Part shown: positions 31,471 through 41,910 of the stretch, piece by piece | Layout of the letters: each line of letters starts with the position of its first letter | Numbering within the stretch: position 1 is the stretch's first letter | Assembly: GCA_963591655.1 (NCBI GenBank) | Contig: CAVATZ010000001.1 | Span: 15,583 to 79,582, forward strand | From: Clostridiales bacterium | GTDB lineage: Bacteria; Bacillota; Clostridia; Lachnospirales; Lachnospiraceae | Direction of reading: 5' to 3' | DNA: 64,000 nt | Program-made: the position numbers and the translations under genes | Notes under the pieces: model-generated | What the model was told of the DNA's origin: nothing | What the model saw: the letters and a program-made list of their open reading frames with translations, nothing else | The model's database searches: none

Positions 31471-32342
31471 AATTTCACCTCCGGTTCCAGACGCACACCG
31501 CTGTGCTCATAGACCCGGTCAGAAACCTGCCGGATCAGCTGATAGAGCTCAGCAGCCGTCGCCCGGTCTTCATTCACCACAAAGCCGCAATGCTTTTCGG
31601 ACACCGCAGCACCGCCCAGACGGCAGCCGCGCAGCCCGGCCTCCTCAATGAGCTTTCCGGCAAAGTAGCCCTCCGGCCGCTTGAAGGTGGACCCGGCAGA
31701 GGGCTTGTTCAGGGGCTGCTTCTCTGCTCGCCGCTGCTGATAATCCTGCATTTCCCGAAGAATCTCCGCCGGATCTCCAGGCTGCAGACGAAAGTCCGCC
31801 GAGAGCACCACATAGCCCTTTTCCGGAATGCAGGAATATCGATAGGAAAGCGCCAGTGCCTCCGCCGGCAGCAGCTTCCGCTCTCCCTCCTCGGTCAGTA
31901 CCTCACACTGCAGGAGAACATCCCGGATCTCTGTGCCGTAGGCGCCCGCATTCATGACCAGCGCACCGCCGACAGTTCCCGGAATGCCATGCAACGCTGC
32001 CATCCCGCGGAGCCCCTGCTTCTGGGCAAAGGCGGCTGCCTGGGACAGAAGCGTGCCGGACATCACATGCAGCACACGGCTGCCGTCCGGCAGCGCTGTC
32101 TCTGAAAGAGAAACGCCGCTGAGAGCATCCCGGATCTCAATCACAAGCTCCGGTACGCCGGCATCCGACACCAGAAGATCCGAGCCGTTTCCGAGAATCC
32201 GATAGGGCCTGTTTTCCCGATGCAGCTCCGCCACCAGCGTCTGCAGCTCCTCCGGATTTTCGGGAATCCGATATTCCGCTGCCGGACCGCCCACCCGAAA
32301 GGTGGTATGCCGGCTCATGGGCTCATTGTTCAGAATTCTCAT
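31455..32342 (-). CDS. murB: UDP-N-acetylmuramate dehydrogenase
   Basis: HTTFRVGGPA, GIPGTVGG..MNAGAYG, QPL..PSAGSTFKRP, LEPEV. Confidence 0.97.
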   Translation of the reverse strand: MRILNNEPMSRHTTFRVGGPAAEYRIPENPEELQTLVAELHRENRPYRILGNGSDLLVSDAGVPELVIEIRDALSGVSLSETALPDGSRVLHVMSGTLLSQAAAFAQKQGLRGMAALHGIPGTVGGALVMNAGAYGTEIRDVLLQCEVLTEEGERKLLPAEALALSYRYSCIPEKGYVVLSADFRLQPGDPAEILREMQDYQQRRAEKQPLNKPSAGSTFKRPEGYFAGKLIEEAGLRGCRLGGAAVSEKHCGFVVNEDRATAAELYQLIRQVSDRVYEHSGVRLEPEVKFWGSF

Positions 32343-32349
32343 GTCCGCT

Positions 32350-33285
32350 TCAGTCCTCCCGGTTCATGTTTGCCGTCACCCGGTCATACAATACCTGTGC
32401 AGCATTATAGCCCATCTTCTTCGCACGATTGTTCACCGCCGCACACTCCACGATAATGGCCACATTACGACCCGGACGAATGGGAATGTCATAGCTGATG
32501 ATCTTGTTGCCCAGGAATTCCGTATAATTGTCCTTCAGGCCCAAGCGATCGTATTCCTTGTCCTTGGACCACTCTGCCAGCTTGATCACCATATGAATGG
32601 TCTGGCTGTCCTTCACGCACTCTACACCGAACATCTGCTTCACATCGATGATGCCGATACCGCGAAGCTCGATAAAATGCCGTGTGATATCCGGTGCAGT
32701 TCCCACCAGACGATCGGCCGAAACCTTGCGAATCTCCACCACATCATCGGAAACCAGACGATGCCCGCGCTTGATCAGCTCCAGCGCTGCCTCGGATTTT
32801 CCGATGCCGCTGTCACCCATGATCAGCACGCCCTCGCCGTAAACGTCCACCAACACGCCATGTACAGAAATCATGGGAGCCATCCTCTCCTTCAGCCAAC
32901 TGATAATTTCTCCCTCCAGCTCCGTGGTGGGGCGGCTGCTGGACAGCAGGGGAATCCCTGCCTCCTTGCAGGCACTGACCATGCAGGAATCCGGCTCAAT
33001 GTCCCGGGCATAGATGATGCAGGGAATGGGATACTTGGCCATCTCTGCATAGCGGGCCCGGCGCTGGAGCCGGTCCATGGTCATGAGATAAGCTGTCTCC
33101 ACATTTCCGATGATCTGCACGCGCTCCGAATCAAACTGGTCAAAAAAACCGGTCAGCTGCAGCGCCGGACGGTTCACATCCGGAATGGTCATGTAAACCT
33201 GATCGGTATCAATCTCCGGCGTCAGATTGCGAAGATTCTCCTTTTTGATAAGCTCGGTCACACTGACCTTTTCCGCACTTTTCAT
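32350..33285 (-). CDS. hprK: HPr(Ser) kinase/phosphorylase
   Basis: HGVLVDVYGEGVLI.G.SGIGKSE, HRLVSDD, ELRGIGII, PGRN. Confidence 0.98.
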   Translation of the reverse strand: MKSAEKVSVTELIKKENLRNLTPEIDTDQVYMTIPDVNRPALQLTGFFDQFDSERVQIIGNVETAYLMTMDRLQRRARYAEMAKYPIPCIIYARDIEPDSCMVSACKEAGIPLLSSSRPTTELEGEIISWLKERMAPMISVHGVLVDVYGEGVLIMGDSGIGKSEAALELIKRGHRLVSDDVVEIRKVSADRLVGTAPDITRHFIELRGIGIIDVKQMFGVECVKDSQTIHMVIKLAEWSKDKEYDRLGLKDNYTEFLGNKIISYDIPIRPGRNVAIIVECAAVNNRAKKMGYNAAQVLYDRVTANMNRED

Positions 33286-33343
33286 GGCTGTTTCCTTTCT
33301 CGTGTTTGAATTTCTCTTCCTAAAATAATATATCTGTACTTGT

Positions 33344-34147
33344 TTAGCACTCCATCGGCAGCCGATACAGTCGCTTCAGCAGCGCCAGGGCCTCCGGCCG
33401 CGGATCACTGCTGAAGAGCCGCACCCATCCGGCAGAAGCGCCGACATTATCCTCTGTATGCAGAAAGCCTGCCTGCGCCAGCCGATGCCGGGTCTCCCGG
33501 GCCGTTCCCTCTGCCCCGTCATAGAAATGAACGGGATAGCCCAGCGCCGCTTCGATCTGCCGCTTCACAAAGGGAAAATGCGTACAGCCCAGCACCAGAC
33601 TGTCGATGTGCAGCTGCCGATAGGGAGCAAGAAGCTCCTGCAGGTACGCCGTCATGGCCTCCCCCTTCTCCTGTCCCGCCTCCACCAGCCGTACAATGCC
33701 GGGAGCCGCCAGACGATGGATTTCGCCATGGTCCTCATGGAGACGAATCAGATTCTTCAGCCGGTCTCCCGCCAGTGTGGATTCCGTCGCCATCACCAGC
33801 ACCCGGGGACAGGGAAGCCCCGCCGTGTCCACCGCCGGCTTCACCGCCGGCTCCATCCCCACAATAATGGTATGGGGATATTTCTGCCGAAGATAATTCG
33901 CTGCCGCAGAGGTGGCCGTATTGCAGGCGATCACCACAGCCTTCACCTGCTGCTGAAAAAGGAAATGAAGGTCTGCTTCGCAAAGCCGGCGGATGCTCTC
34001 CTCATCCTTCTCCCCATAGGGGGCATGGAGGTTGTCACCATAATAGACGAAGTTTTCCGCCGGAAGCTCCCGCTGCAGAGCCCGCAGTACGCTGACACCC
34101 CCTGCACCGGAATCAAACACGCCGATCGGCGCTTGCTGAATATACAT
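33344..34147 (-). CDS. murI: Glutamate racemase
   Basis: IGVFDSG.GG.SV, PYG.K, IACNTATS, LGCTHFP. Confidence 0.97.
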   Translation of the reverse strand: MYIQQAPIGVFDSGAGGVSVLRALQRELPAENFVYYGDNLHAPYGEKDEESIRRLCEADLHFLFQQQVKAVVIACNTATSAAANYLRQKYPHTIIVGMEPAVKPAVDTAGLPCPRVLVMATESTLAGDRLKNLIRLHEDHGEIHRLAAPGIVRLVEAGQEKGEAMTAYLQELLAPYRQLHIDSLVLGCTHFPFVKRQIEAALGYPVHFYDGAEGTARETRHRLAQAGFLHTEDNVGASAGWVRLFSSDPRPEALALLKRLYRLPMEC

Positions 34148-34311
34148 AGCTCCTCCTCATAGACAGGTTTGAGGATAAGTATAGCACAGCACGACGGAAA
34201 TGTAAAAGGAGGCTCGGTACACTGCCGAGAATCTCCTTGCTTTTTAGGTGGTCTTATGCTAGGATAGTTCAGTCTATGAATGAATATACGTGTGTAAGGT
34301 GGTGAAGATAT

Positions 34312-34539
34312 ATGAAAATCGCACTTGTGATCATACTGCTGATTCTGGGAATTGCGCTTTCTGCAATTATCCTGATGCAGGAGGGCAAGAGTCAGGGACT
34401 CGGTGCCATCTCCGGTATGGCAGATACCTACTGGTCCAAGAACAGAGGGCGTTCCATGGAGGGCAACCTTGAAAAGTTCACGAAGATCGGCGCTGTGCTC
34501 TTCTTCATTGTGGTTCTGGTTCTGGACATCATCTGGTAA
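34312..34539 (+). CDS. secG: Preprotein translocase subunit SecG
   Basis: Two TM helices around ILMQEGKSQGLGAISG; precedes rnr-smpB. Confidence 0.93.
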   Translation: MKIALVIILLILGIALSAIILMQEGKSQGLGAISGMADTYWSKNRGRSMEGNLEKFTKIGAVLFFIVVLVLDIIW

Positions 34540-34566
34540 TGTACAACACCGTTGGAAAAAGTCATA

Positions 34567-34605
34567 AGCTGCTCCATCAAGTCTGCTTGATGAAGCAGCT
34601 TTTTG
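34567..34605 (+). terminator. Terminator after secG
   Basis: aagctgctccatcaag..cttgatgaagcagctt followed by ttt. Confidence 0.75.
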
Positions 34606-34635
34606 TATAGTTACGCGTAAGGAGGCAGCTGTTAA

Positions 34636-36828
34636 ATGCTGGAGGAGCAGAAGAAAAAGCTCGGGGATCTCATCGTCGAGCTGGTCAATGACAAAATCTA
34701 TACACCCATGAAGACGAAGGAAATGGCGAACCTCATGGGCATTCCCAAGGCCGAACGAGCCTCCCTGCAGGAGGTACTGGACCGCCTGGTTGCCGAGGGC
34801 CGCATCGGCATTTCCGTGCACGGCCGCTACGGCAGGCGGGAAAGCTTCACCCATGTGGGTATTTTCCATGCCCATCCCCGCGGCTTCGGCTTCGTCACCA
34901 TTGAAGGCCGGGAGCGGGATGTCTTCATTCCCGCAGATGCGGTCGGCATGGCCCTGGACGGCGATAAGGTCCGTCTTCTCATTGTCCGGGAGAACAAGGG
35001 GGAAAATGCTGCCGAAGGCACCATCACCCAGGTGCTGGAGCACGCCAACACTGAGGTAGTGGGCATCTATCACAAAACCAAACAGAGCGGCTTCGTGATT
35101 CCGGACAACCCGAAGCTGCTCCGGGACATCTTTATCCCCCAGGGCCGGGATCTCCGGGCCGTAAACGGGCACAAGGTAGTGGCCCGCATTCTGAACTACG
35201 GTGATCCGCATCACAAGCCGGAGGGCGTCATCACGGAAATCCTCGGTCATGTCAGTGATCCCGGTGTGGACATCCTGTCCGTTGTCCGGGCCTACGGTCT
35301 GCCGGAAACCTTCCCCAGGGATCTGATGCAGGCTGCCGAGGCGGTTCCCGAGACCGTTCCGAACACAGCGGTGGCTGCGCGGGAAGCCCATGACTTCCGG
35401 AATCTCACCACCATTACCATTGATGGTGAGGATGCCAAGGATCTGGACGATGCCGTTTCCCTGGAATATGATGAAGAGAAGCAGCAGTACCGGCTCTATG
35501 TGCACATTGCGGATGTCTCGGAATATGTCAGTGAGCACTCTCTTCTGGACCAGGAGGCGCTGAACCGCGGCACCTCCGTGTATCTCACGGATCGGGTGAT
35601 CCCCATGCTGCCCCGGGCTCTCTCCAACGGCATCTGCTCTCTGAATGAAGGCGAGGACCGTCTGACCCTAAGCTGCATCATGGACATTGACAGCCAGGGA
35701 CGCATCGTCGGTCATGAGCTCTGTGAGAGCGTGATCTGTTCGAACAAACGTATGAGCTACACCGGTGTCCATGCCCTGCTGCAGCAGCTCCCGCTCACAA
35801 ATGGTGAGGACATCGAGAGCTATCGTCCCTACGAGGCGCTCCTGCAGCGCATGCATGGGCTGTCAGAGCTGCTTCGCGCAAGACGTCACGAGCGCGGCGG
35901 CATTGACTTTGACTTTCCGGAGGCCAAGATCCTGCTGGATGAAAAGGGCCGGGTAAAGGACATTCTTCCCTACATCCGGAACGAGGCCCATATGCTGATC
36001 GAGGACTTCATGCTGGCCGCCAATGAAACCGTTGCCGAGGACTTCTACTGGCAGCAGCTGCCCTTCCTCTACCGGGTGCATGAAAAGCCGGATCCGGAGA
36101 AGTTCAAGCAGCTGGGGCTTCTGGTGTCCAATTACGGGCATTTCCTCCGGATGCGGGACGAGGACAGCATTCGCCCGAAAGAAATCCAGAAGCTGCTGGA
36201 TGCCATTGCCGACACTCCGGAGGAGGCCGTCATTAAGGTGTTGACGCTTCGCTCCCTGAAGCAGGCAAGATACAGCACAGAATGCAGCGGCCATTTCGGG
36301 CTGGCTGCCAGGTACTATACGCACTTCACCTCTCCCATCCGCCGTTATCCGGATCTTCAGATCCACCGCATCATTAAGGAAAATCTGCGGGGCGAGCTCA
36401 GCCAAAAGCGGATCGAGCATTACCGGGAGCTGCTGCCGGCAGTGGCAGACCGAAGCTCCACCCTGGAGCGCCGGGCCGACGAAGCCGAGCGGGAAACAGA
36501 GAAGCTGAAGAAATGCGAGTACATCCGGCAGCATCTGGGAGAGACCTTCGACGGCATCATTTCCGGCATCACGAGCTACGGTCTTTATGTGGAGCTGCCC
36601 AATACTGTAGAAGGCATGGTTTCTGTCCGGGTCATGGACGGCGATTACTATGTGTTCCACGAGGACCGCTACGAGCTGATGGGCGAGCATACCGGAAAAA
36701 CCTATCGTCTGGGCGATAAGGTCCGGGTCAACGTCATGAACGTTGACAAGCTGAGCAGAACCATTGATTTCACACTGGAGAATCCGCTGCTTTCCGATGA
36801 GGAAACGCAGACAATGCTCCATGAATAA
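34636..36828 (+). CDS. rnr: Ribonuclease R
   Basis: [34 protein letters not shown]-terminal S1 domain. Confidence 0.97.
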   Translation: MLEEQKKKLGDLIVELVNDKIYTPMKTKEMANLMGIPKAERASLQEVLDRLVAEGRIGISVHGRYGRRESFTHVGIFHAHPRGFGFVTIEGRERDVFIPADAVGMALDGDKVRLLIVRENKGENAAEGTITQVLEHANTEVVGIYHKTKQSGFVIPDNPKLLRDIFIPQGRDLRAVNGHKVVARILNYGDPHHKPEGVITEILGHVSDPGVDILSVVRAYGLPETFPRDLMQAAEAVPETVPNTAVAAREAHDFRNLTTITIDGEDAKDLDDAVSLEYDEEKQQYRLYVHIADVSEYVSEHSLLDQEALNRGTSVYLTDRVIPMLPRALSNGICSLNEGEDRLTLSCIMDIDSQGRIVGHELCESVICSNKRMSYTGVHALLQQLPLTNGEDIESYRPYEALLQRMHGLSELLRARRHERGGIDFDFPEAKILLDEKGRVKDILPYIRNEAHMLIEDFMLAANETVAEDFYWQQLPFLYRVHEKPDPEKFKQLGLLVSNYGHFLRMRDEDSIRPKEIQKLLDAIADTPEEAVIKVLTLRSLKQARYSTECSGHFGLAARYYTHFTSPIRRYPDLQIHRIIKENLRGELSQKRIEHYRELLPAVADRSSTLERRADEAERETEKLKKCEYIRQHLGETFDGIISGITSYGLYVELPNTVEGMVSVRVMDGDYYVFHEDRYELMGEHTGKTYRLGDKVRVNVMNVDKLSRTIDFTLENPLLSDEETQTMLHE

Positions 36829-36838
36829 GGAGGCACTT

Positions 36839-37309
36839 ATGTCAGAAGGCGGCATTAAACTGATTGCAAACAACAAAAAAGCCTATCATGATTATTTCGT
36901 GGATCAGACCATTGAATGCGGCATTGAACTGGTGGGCACCGAGGTGAAGTCTCTGCGCCTCGGACAGTGCTCCATCAAGGAATCCTTTTGCCAGATCAAA
37001 AACGGCCAGGTCATCATCTACGGCATGCACATCAATCCCTATGAAAAGGGAAATATTTTCAACAAGGATCCCCTGCGGGACCGGAAGCTTCTCCTGCATA
37101 AGGCAGAAATCCAGAAGCTCTCCGGCAAGCTGCAGGAGCAGGGCTATGCCCTGGTGCCCCTGCGGGTCTATCTGAAGCGCAGTCTCGTCAAGGTGGAGAT
37201 CGGTCTCTGCCGGGGCAAAAAGCTCTATGACAAGCGGGATGATATGAAGAAGCGGGCACAGAAGCGGGAACTGGAAAAGGAGTTCAAGCGGGCAAATATC
37301 CGCGTGTAA
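36839..37309 (+). CDS. smpB: SsrA-binding protein
   Basis: [45 protein letters not shown]. Confidence 0.98.
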   Translation: MSEGGIKLIANNKKAYHDYFVDQTIECGIELVGTEVKSLRLGQCSIKESFCQIKNGQVIIYGMHINPYEKGNIFNKDPLRDRKLLLHKAEIQKLSGKLQEQGYALVPLRVYLKRSLVKVEIGLCRGKKLYDKRDDMKKRAQKRELEKEFKRANIRV

Positions 37310-37330
37310 TGACAGAGCCCGTCAGATCGC

Positions 37331-37369
37331 AAAAAGACCGACAGCGTTTTTCGCACTGTCGGTCTTTTC
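37331..37369. terminator. Bidirectional terminator between smpB and cstA
   Basis: aaaaagaccgacag...ctgtcggtctttt. Confidence 0.85.
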
Positions 37370-37430
37370 TTGTTTGCTTCTATAAGCTCCGGAACTCCGT
37401 CAGGCAGTCGCCCGATCCTTACAGCTTCCC

Positions 37431-39149
37431 TCAGCCGGCCTTCTCGGAAATCGTCTTCTGCTCAGACAGACGCTCTGCTCTTGCGTAGGCGCGCAGGGAA
37501 TTGATGATAATGGTGGCACCCAGTACCAGCAACAGGATGGCCAGCACAAGCTGCAGTCCCTCTACCATGACAGTGCCGGTACCGTTCTGAAAGGCGGAAA
37601 CCAGTGCAATGACTCTCTGCACCAATGCCGTACCGGTAACACAGACCATGATGATCATCGGCGGGAAAAGCATCTTGTTGCTGCGTCCCGTCACCTTCAT
37701 GAATACGCACAGGGTTACCAGAACCAGTGCAGACAGCAGCTGATTGGCAGAACCGAACAGCGGCCAGATGTTGGAATAGCCCACTCTTGTCAGAAGGTAG
37801 GAAAGGAACAGTGTCAAGATGGTCGAGAAATAGGTATTACAAAGCAGCTTACGCCAGCCCTCTGCGTGCTCCATGTCATCAACGCTGAAGAGCTCCTGGA
37901 AGCTGATCCGGGCGATTCTGGATACAGCATCCAAGGTGGTCAGGGCCAGTGCGGATACGCACATGGTCATGAAGCACTGTGCCACATAAACGGGCACGCC
38001 AAACATCTCAAAGAAGCCCGCTACACCTCTGGAGAATACCTGGAACGGTGTACCGGCAGCCGGTGTGCCATCGGCTGCTGCCGCAGCGCCGGCCACGCAG
38101 AGTGCCAGCACGGCCAGAAGACTTTCCAGCGCCATAGCGCCATAGCCCACCTTCAGCATATCCCGCTCATTGGAAACCGTCTTGGAGGATGTACCGGAGG
38201 ATACCAGAGAATGGAATCCGGAAACCGCACCGCAGGCAACGGTAACAAAGAGGATCGGGAACATGGTTCCCAGCTTCTCGTTGCTGAAGCCGGTGAATAC
38301 CGGCAGATTCATCGTCGGATGTGCCACCAGAAGACCCAGGGCCGCACCGGCAATCATACCGATGAACATATATGTCGTCATCAGATCCCGCGGCTGCTTC
38401 AGAATCCAGATCGGAAGAATTGCTGCAAAGAAAATATAAACAAAGACAATAGCTGCCCAGGTTCCCTTTCCGAGCATGATCGGTGCGGTCATGCCCAGTC
38501 CCAGTGCCAGCACGGTGAAGCAAAGACCGATTGCTGTCTCCTTCCAGCCGGTAAAGTGGAACTTCTTCTGCAGAAGACCGAAGACAACTGCAAAGACCAT
38601 GAACAGAATGGAAATCGTACCGGCAGCGCCGTTTGTGGCAGCAGCCTCGGAAAGCTGTGTTACGCCGTCTGTCACGGTGTATACATTAAAGGTACCGTCT
38701 ACCATATCCACAAAGGCAGCAATCACCAGCAGGCAGAACAGCCAGCAGAACAGCAGGAAAAGCTTTCTGCCCAGCTTTCCGATATACTTCTCGATCAGCA
38801 TGCCCATGGACTTGCCGTCATTCTTCACACTGGCATAGAGTGCACCGAAGTCCGTCACGGCACCGAAGAAAATGCCGCCCAGCAGGATCCAGAGCAGCAC
38901 CGGCAGCCAGCCGAAGGCAGCAGCCTGGATGGCACCGGTCACGGGGCCTGCACCGGCAATGGACGAAAACTGATGGCTGAACACCGTCATGCCGTCCGCC
39001 GGAGAATAATCCTTTCCGTTATTAAAGCGTACCGCCGGGGTCTCTGCCTTGGGATCGATGCCCCACTTGTTGGCAAGCCAGCGGCCGTAGACAAGATAAG
39101 CGCCGCCCAAGCATACGGCGGCGATCAACACAATTACAAGCGTATTCAT
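37431..39149 (-). CDS. cstA: Carbon starvation protein A family transporter
   Basis: F.SIAGAGP..G, LFVTVACGAVSGFHSL, IWPLFGSANQLL; many TM helices. Confidence 0.93.
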   Translation of the reverse strand: MNTLVIVLIAAVCLGGAYLVYGRWLANKWGIDPKAETPAVRFNNGKDYSPADGMTVFSHQFSSIAGAGPVTGAIQAAAFGWLPVLLWILLGGIFFGAVTDFGALYASVKNDGKSMGMLIEKYIGKLGRKLFLLFCWLFCLLVIAAFVDMVDGTFNVYTVTDGVTQLSEAAATNGAAGTISILFMVFAVVFGLLQKKFHFTGWKETAIGLCFTVLALGLGMTAPIMLGKGTWAAIVFVYIFFAAILPIWILKQPRDLMTTYMFIGMIAGAALGLLVAHPTMNLPVFTGFSNEKLGTMFPILFVTVACGAVSGFHSLVSSGTSSKTVSNERDMLKVGYGAMALESLLAVLALCVAGAAAAADGTPAAGTPFQVFSRGVAGFFEMFGVPVYVAQCFMTMCVSALALTTLDAVSRIARISFQELFSVDDMEHAEGWRKLLCNTYFSTILTLFLSYLLTRVGYSNIWPLFGSANQLLSALVLVTLCVFMKVTGRSNKMLFPPMIIMVCVTGTALVQRVIALVSAFQNGTGTVMVEGLQLVLAILLLVLGATIIINSLRAYARAERLSEQKTISEKAG

Positions 39150-39177
39150 AATTAGCCTCCCTTTTTTCGTTCCCCGT

Positions 39178-39206
39178 ATCGTAGTCCCGACGGCTTCTCT
39201 TGTCAA
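39178..39206 (-). promoter_or_regulatory. Sigma-A promoter of cstA
   Basis: TTGACA, 17 bp, TACGAT. Confidence 0.65.
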
Positions 39207-39318
39207 GGAATGTGTTTATCAATATTTTAGATTTGTTCAATTTTTCATAACGCAAAGATATGGCGCAGCGGAAATTGTGCATAATTTTCCGACGCGCCAT
39301 AATCCATAGTTATCGCTC

Positions 39319-40377
39319 TTATTTTGTGTATCTTCCGTAGCCATAAGGCGTTGTGTAGAAGACATTGTGCTCACGCACATAATCACCTGTCCTTGTACAG
39401 TGGATAATGGTACCGTTTCCGCTGTAAATACCCACATGGTAGATGGTGGACGGTGAAGAGCCGTAGAAGATCAGGTCTCCCGGCTGCAGCTCGGAGGCCG
39501 AAACCTTGGTGGAAGCCGCATACTGTGAACGGGAATCACGAGGGATCGTGATACCGAAGTGACGGAAAATCTGCTGTGTAAAGCCGGAGCAGTCTGCACC
39601 GCTTTCCAGTGAGGTACCCGCTGTCACATAAGGCAGAACGCCGATAAAGGCTCTCGCATACTCCACAAGCTCTGTGGGATCCGACTTCGGCAGATCCGAA
39701 GCACTCTTACCTACCTCTCCGGTAAAGGCCTGCACCGTAACCTTCTTGCTGCTTGTGCTCTTGCTGCTGCCGCTGCCTGCCGGACCGCCGCTGCTGTCCT
39801 CCGTGGCCGCACTGCTGCTCTCCGGACCGCTGCCTACCGAAATCACATCACTGCCGTCCTTGCTTGTGCTGCTGCCGGCGGACGCAGAGGATCCCGTCTC
39901 TGTCTTCTTTGACGAAGAGGTATCGGTCTCTGTGGGATCCTCAAAATCAATCTCTGTTCCCAGATCCAGATCCGATCCCAGCTCCAGTGTACCCGTGCTG
40001 ATTTCATTGGCTCCGCTGGTATATACATCCGTGCTGCCGGCCACATCCTTGATCTGCACCACACCGGAATCTACCCAGGCACCGTCACCAGCCACCTGAT
40101 AGCCCTCCACCGCCTGCTGGGTCACCAGCCAGCCGTTGGCGTCAAAGTAATAGCACTCCGCCACGCCGTCCTCATCGCCGTCAATCCAGAACCAGCCGTC
40201 CTTCGCATAGGTTCCGTCCTGATTGTTGTACCACCATTTTCCGGCATTGCTTCCGCTTCCCTGCTGCCAACGCCCGGCCATGGCCGGAAAGCTGACGAGG
40301 GCAGAAAGCATTGCCGCAGTAAAGGCAGCCCGCATTGCCTGTTTCTTTGCTGTCACATCTTTTCTGCTCATTTGCAT
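39319..40377 (-). CDS. Secreted NlpC/P60 peptidoglycan peptidase with cell-wall-binding repeats
   Basis: Signal peptide (AMA); WWY/YYFD..G repeats; Ser/Thr-rich linker; DCSGFT, LQPGDLIFY, HVGIY, IIH. Confidence 0.92.
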   Translation of the reverse strand: MQMSRKDVTAKKQAMRAAFTAAMLSALVSFPAMAGRWQQGSGSNAGKWWYNNQDGTYAKDGWFWIDGDEDGVAECYYFDANGWLVTQQAVEGYQVAGDGAWVDSGVVQIKDVAGSTDVYTSGANEISTGTLELGSDLDLGTEIDFEDPTETDTSSSKKTETGSSASAGSSTSKDGSDVISVGSGPESSSAATEDSSGGPAGSGSSKSTSSKKVTVQAFTGEVGKSASDLPKSDPTELVEYARAFIGVLPYVTAGTSLESGADCSGFTQQIFRHFGITIPRDSRSQYAASTKVSASELQPGDLIFYGSSPSTIYHVGIYSGNGTIIHCTRTGDYVREHNVFYTTPYGYGRYTK

Positions 40378-40470
40378 ATCGGGATTCTCTCCAATCTGTT
40401 TACGCTCTGTGCACTATCATAAAGCATGGAGAAATATCCCGCAAGGCCTGTCCGAATATCGTAAAAAAAC

Positions 40471-40722
40471 TTAAGAAAGTCCGAACCAGCAAAGGCGGTA
40501 GGCCAGCAGCTTGACAAGAATCAGAACCAGCGCCACGACAAAGCCCAGGCTCGCACGTTTCATGGACGCCTTATCCTTGGCCTCTATGCCGTGCACCACC
40601 TGCATCAGGGCATAAATCAATGCCAGTACGCCGCAGACATAAATGGTCCAGAACAGCAGCGCCCAGGGATTCACTGCCCGAATGAGCTGCAGCAGCTCCT
40701 TTCCCTTTTCTACCAAAAACAT
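40471..40722 (-). CDS. Small two-TM membrane protein of unknown function
   Basis: GAGGAG RBS; two hydrophobic helices around a charged loop; 83 aa. Confidence 0.7.
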   Translation of the reverse strand: MFLVEKGKELLQLIRAVNPWALLFWTIYVCGVLALIYALMQVVHGIEAKDKASMKRASLGFVVALVLILVKLLAYRLCWFGLS

Positions 40723-40746
40723 AGACTCTCCTCTCTCTTCACCTTG

Positions 40747-41187
40747 TCAGCTGTCCGATTCCTCTATGGTCACAATCAGACCGTGAGGAAGACAGACAAC
40801 AGGGAAATCATGGGCATCCTCCGTAAGACTTCCGGACTGCACGCACACCTGATTCTGACAATTGGATTCCAAAACGCGCACCGCACCGTCCTGAATCTCC
40901 AGAATATTGATCTCATTTTTCGAGGGAGATGCCTCCTCCCCCAGTTTTTCCAGCGTCAGGTCCGCAGCTGCCTTCTCTGCACTGCCGTTCTCTATCAGAT
41001 ATCTGCCGTTTTCCGAAAGAGGCACCTCCAGAATCACCGCATCCAGGGACCGCACCACCACCGTACAGCCATCCCCTGCCCTTTCATGCCAATGTCGGCG
41101 GAGCAGTACAATGCCGCTGACCGCCAGAATCAGCAGCAGCACCAGCAGCAGGATCAGATCCCGCTTCCGCTTTTTTATCCATTCCAT
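40747..41187 (-). CDS. NusG domain II-like (DUF1312) membrane-anchored protein
   Basis: N-terminal TM; N.LEI.DG.VRV.ESNC.NQVCV..G, VVCLPH.L.VTI. Confidence 0.85.
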   Translation of the reverse strand: MEWIKKRKRDLILLLVLLLILAVSGIVLLRRHWHERAGDGCTVVVRSLDAVILEVPLSENGRYLIENGSAEKAAADLTLEKLGEEASPSKNEINILEIQDGAVRVLESNCQNQVCVQSGSLTEDAHDFPVVCLPHGLIVTIEESDS

Positions 41188-41253
41188 ATTCTGTCCTCAT
41201 CGATAAACAAAAGGCCTGAAAACAACGAATTCTCGTCATCCTCAGACCTTGTG

Positions 41254-41326
41254 AGCCACAAACCGGACTCGAACCGGTGACCTTTTGATTACGAATCAAA
41301 TGCACTACCAACTGTGCTATTGTGGC
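41254..41326 (-). tRNA. tRNA-Thr, anticodon CGT
   Basis: GCCACAA/TTGTGGC acceptor stem; TTTGA-TTCGTAA-TCAAA anticodon arm; ACCGG-TTCGAGT-CCGGT T arm; 73 nt. Confidence 0.95.
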
Positions 41327-41383
41327 AACTCATACACAATAGCACAGTCTTCCTTTTTTTGCAAGGAATTTTTACTTCTCCGC

Positions 41384-41836
41384 TTACTCTGCGATGCTTG
41401 CAAATACACGATCATAGTCGTTGTATACGCTGGCCACCACATCCACAAAGATGCTGTACAGCAGTGCTGCGGTCTGCTCATCATCCTTCATCAGAGACTT
41501 GCAGACATACTTGTGGTAGATGGTGCCGGTTTCTGTCAGGATGCCGTAAGCACCGATGAGAAGCTCGGCGTTCATGGTATTCAGGTTCACCAATGTTCCT
41601 GCATGAGTGCTCTCCTCCAACTGATCTGCGATCACTGTATAGAAGCTGTAGTAGGTGTCTCCGGCCTCATCATCCGCTGCCACCTGGCTGATCTCACAGA
41701 CAATGGCACCGTCCTCATCCTCGCCCATGCCTTCCAGAATGGCATTGACTGTGGTCTCGCCGTCTCTCTCTCCCAGCTTGATCTCCACACCCTCGCCTGA
41801 CAGTCTCTCATTCAGAATATCCAATACCTTGCTCAT
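41384..41836 (-). CDS. Small, very acidic protein, YbjN / type III secretion chaperone-like
   Basis: 150 aa, D/E-rich; LN.MN..L.IG.YG pattern and a C-terminal amphipathic helix; GAAAGGA RBS; own TGGTATAAT -10. Confidence 0.55.
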   Translation of the reverse strand: MSKVLDILNERLSGEGVEIKLGERDGETTVNAILEGMGEDEDGAIVCEISQVAADDEAGDTYYSFYTVIADQLEESTHAGTLVNLNTMNAELLIGAYGILTETGTIYHKYVCKSLMKDDEQTAALLYSIFVDVVASVYNDYDRVFASIAE

Positions 41837-41910
41837 ATCGTTTCCTTTCCCGTTGTTTAACGTGTTCATGTATACTGTGTATTATACCATTGTTGCTGCT
41901 GTCTGTCTTT

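Noticed and set aside
34312..37309. secG-rnr-smpB on the opposite strand as an invertible segment
   Set aside because: Standard operon with no flanking inverted repeats or recombinase seen.
37310..37430. tmRNA after smpB
   Set aside because: Gap is only 120 bp and contains a terminator.
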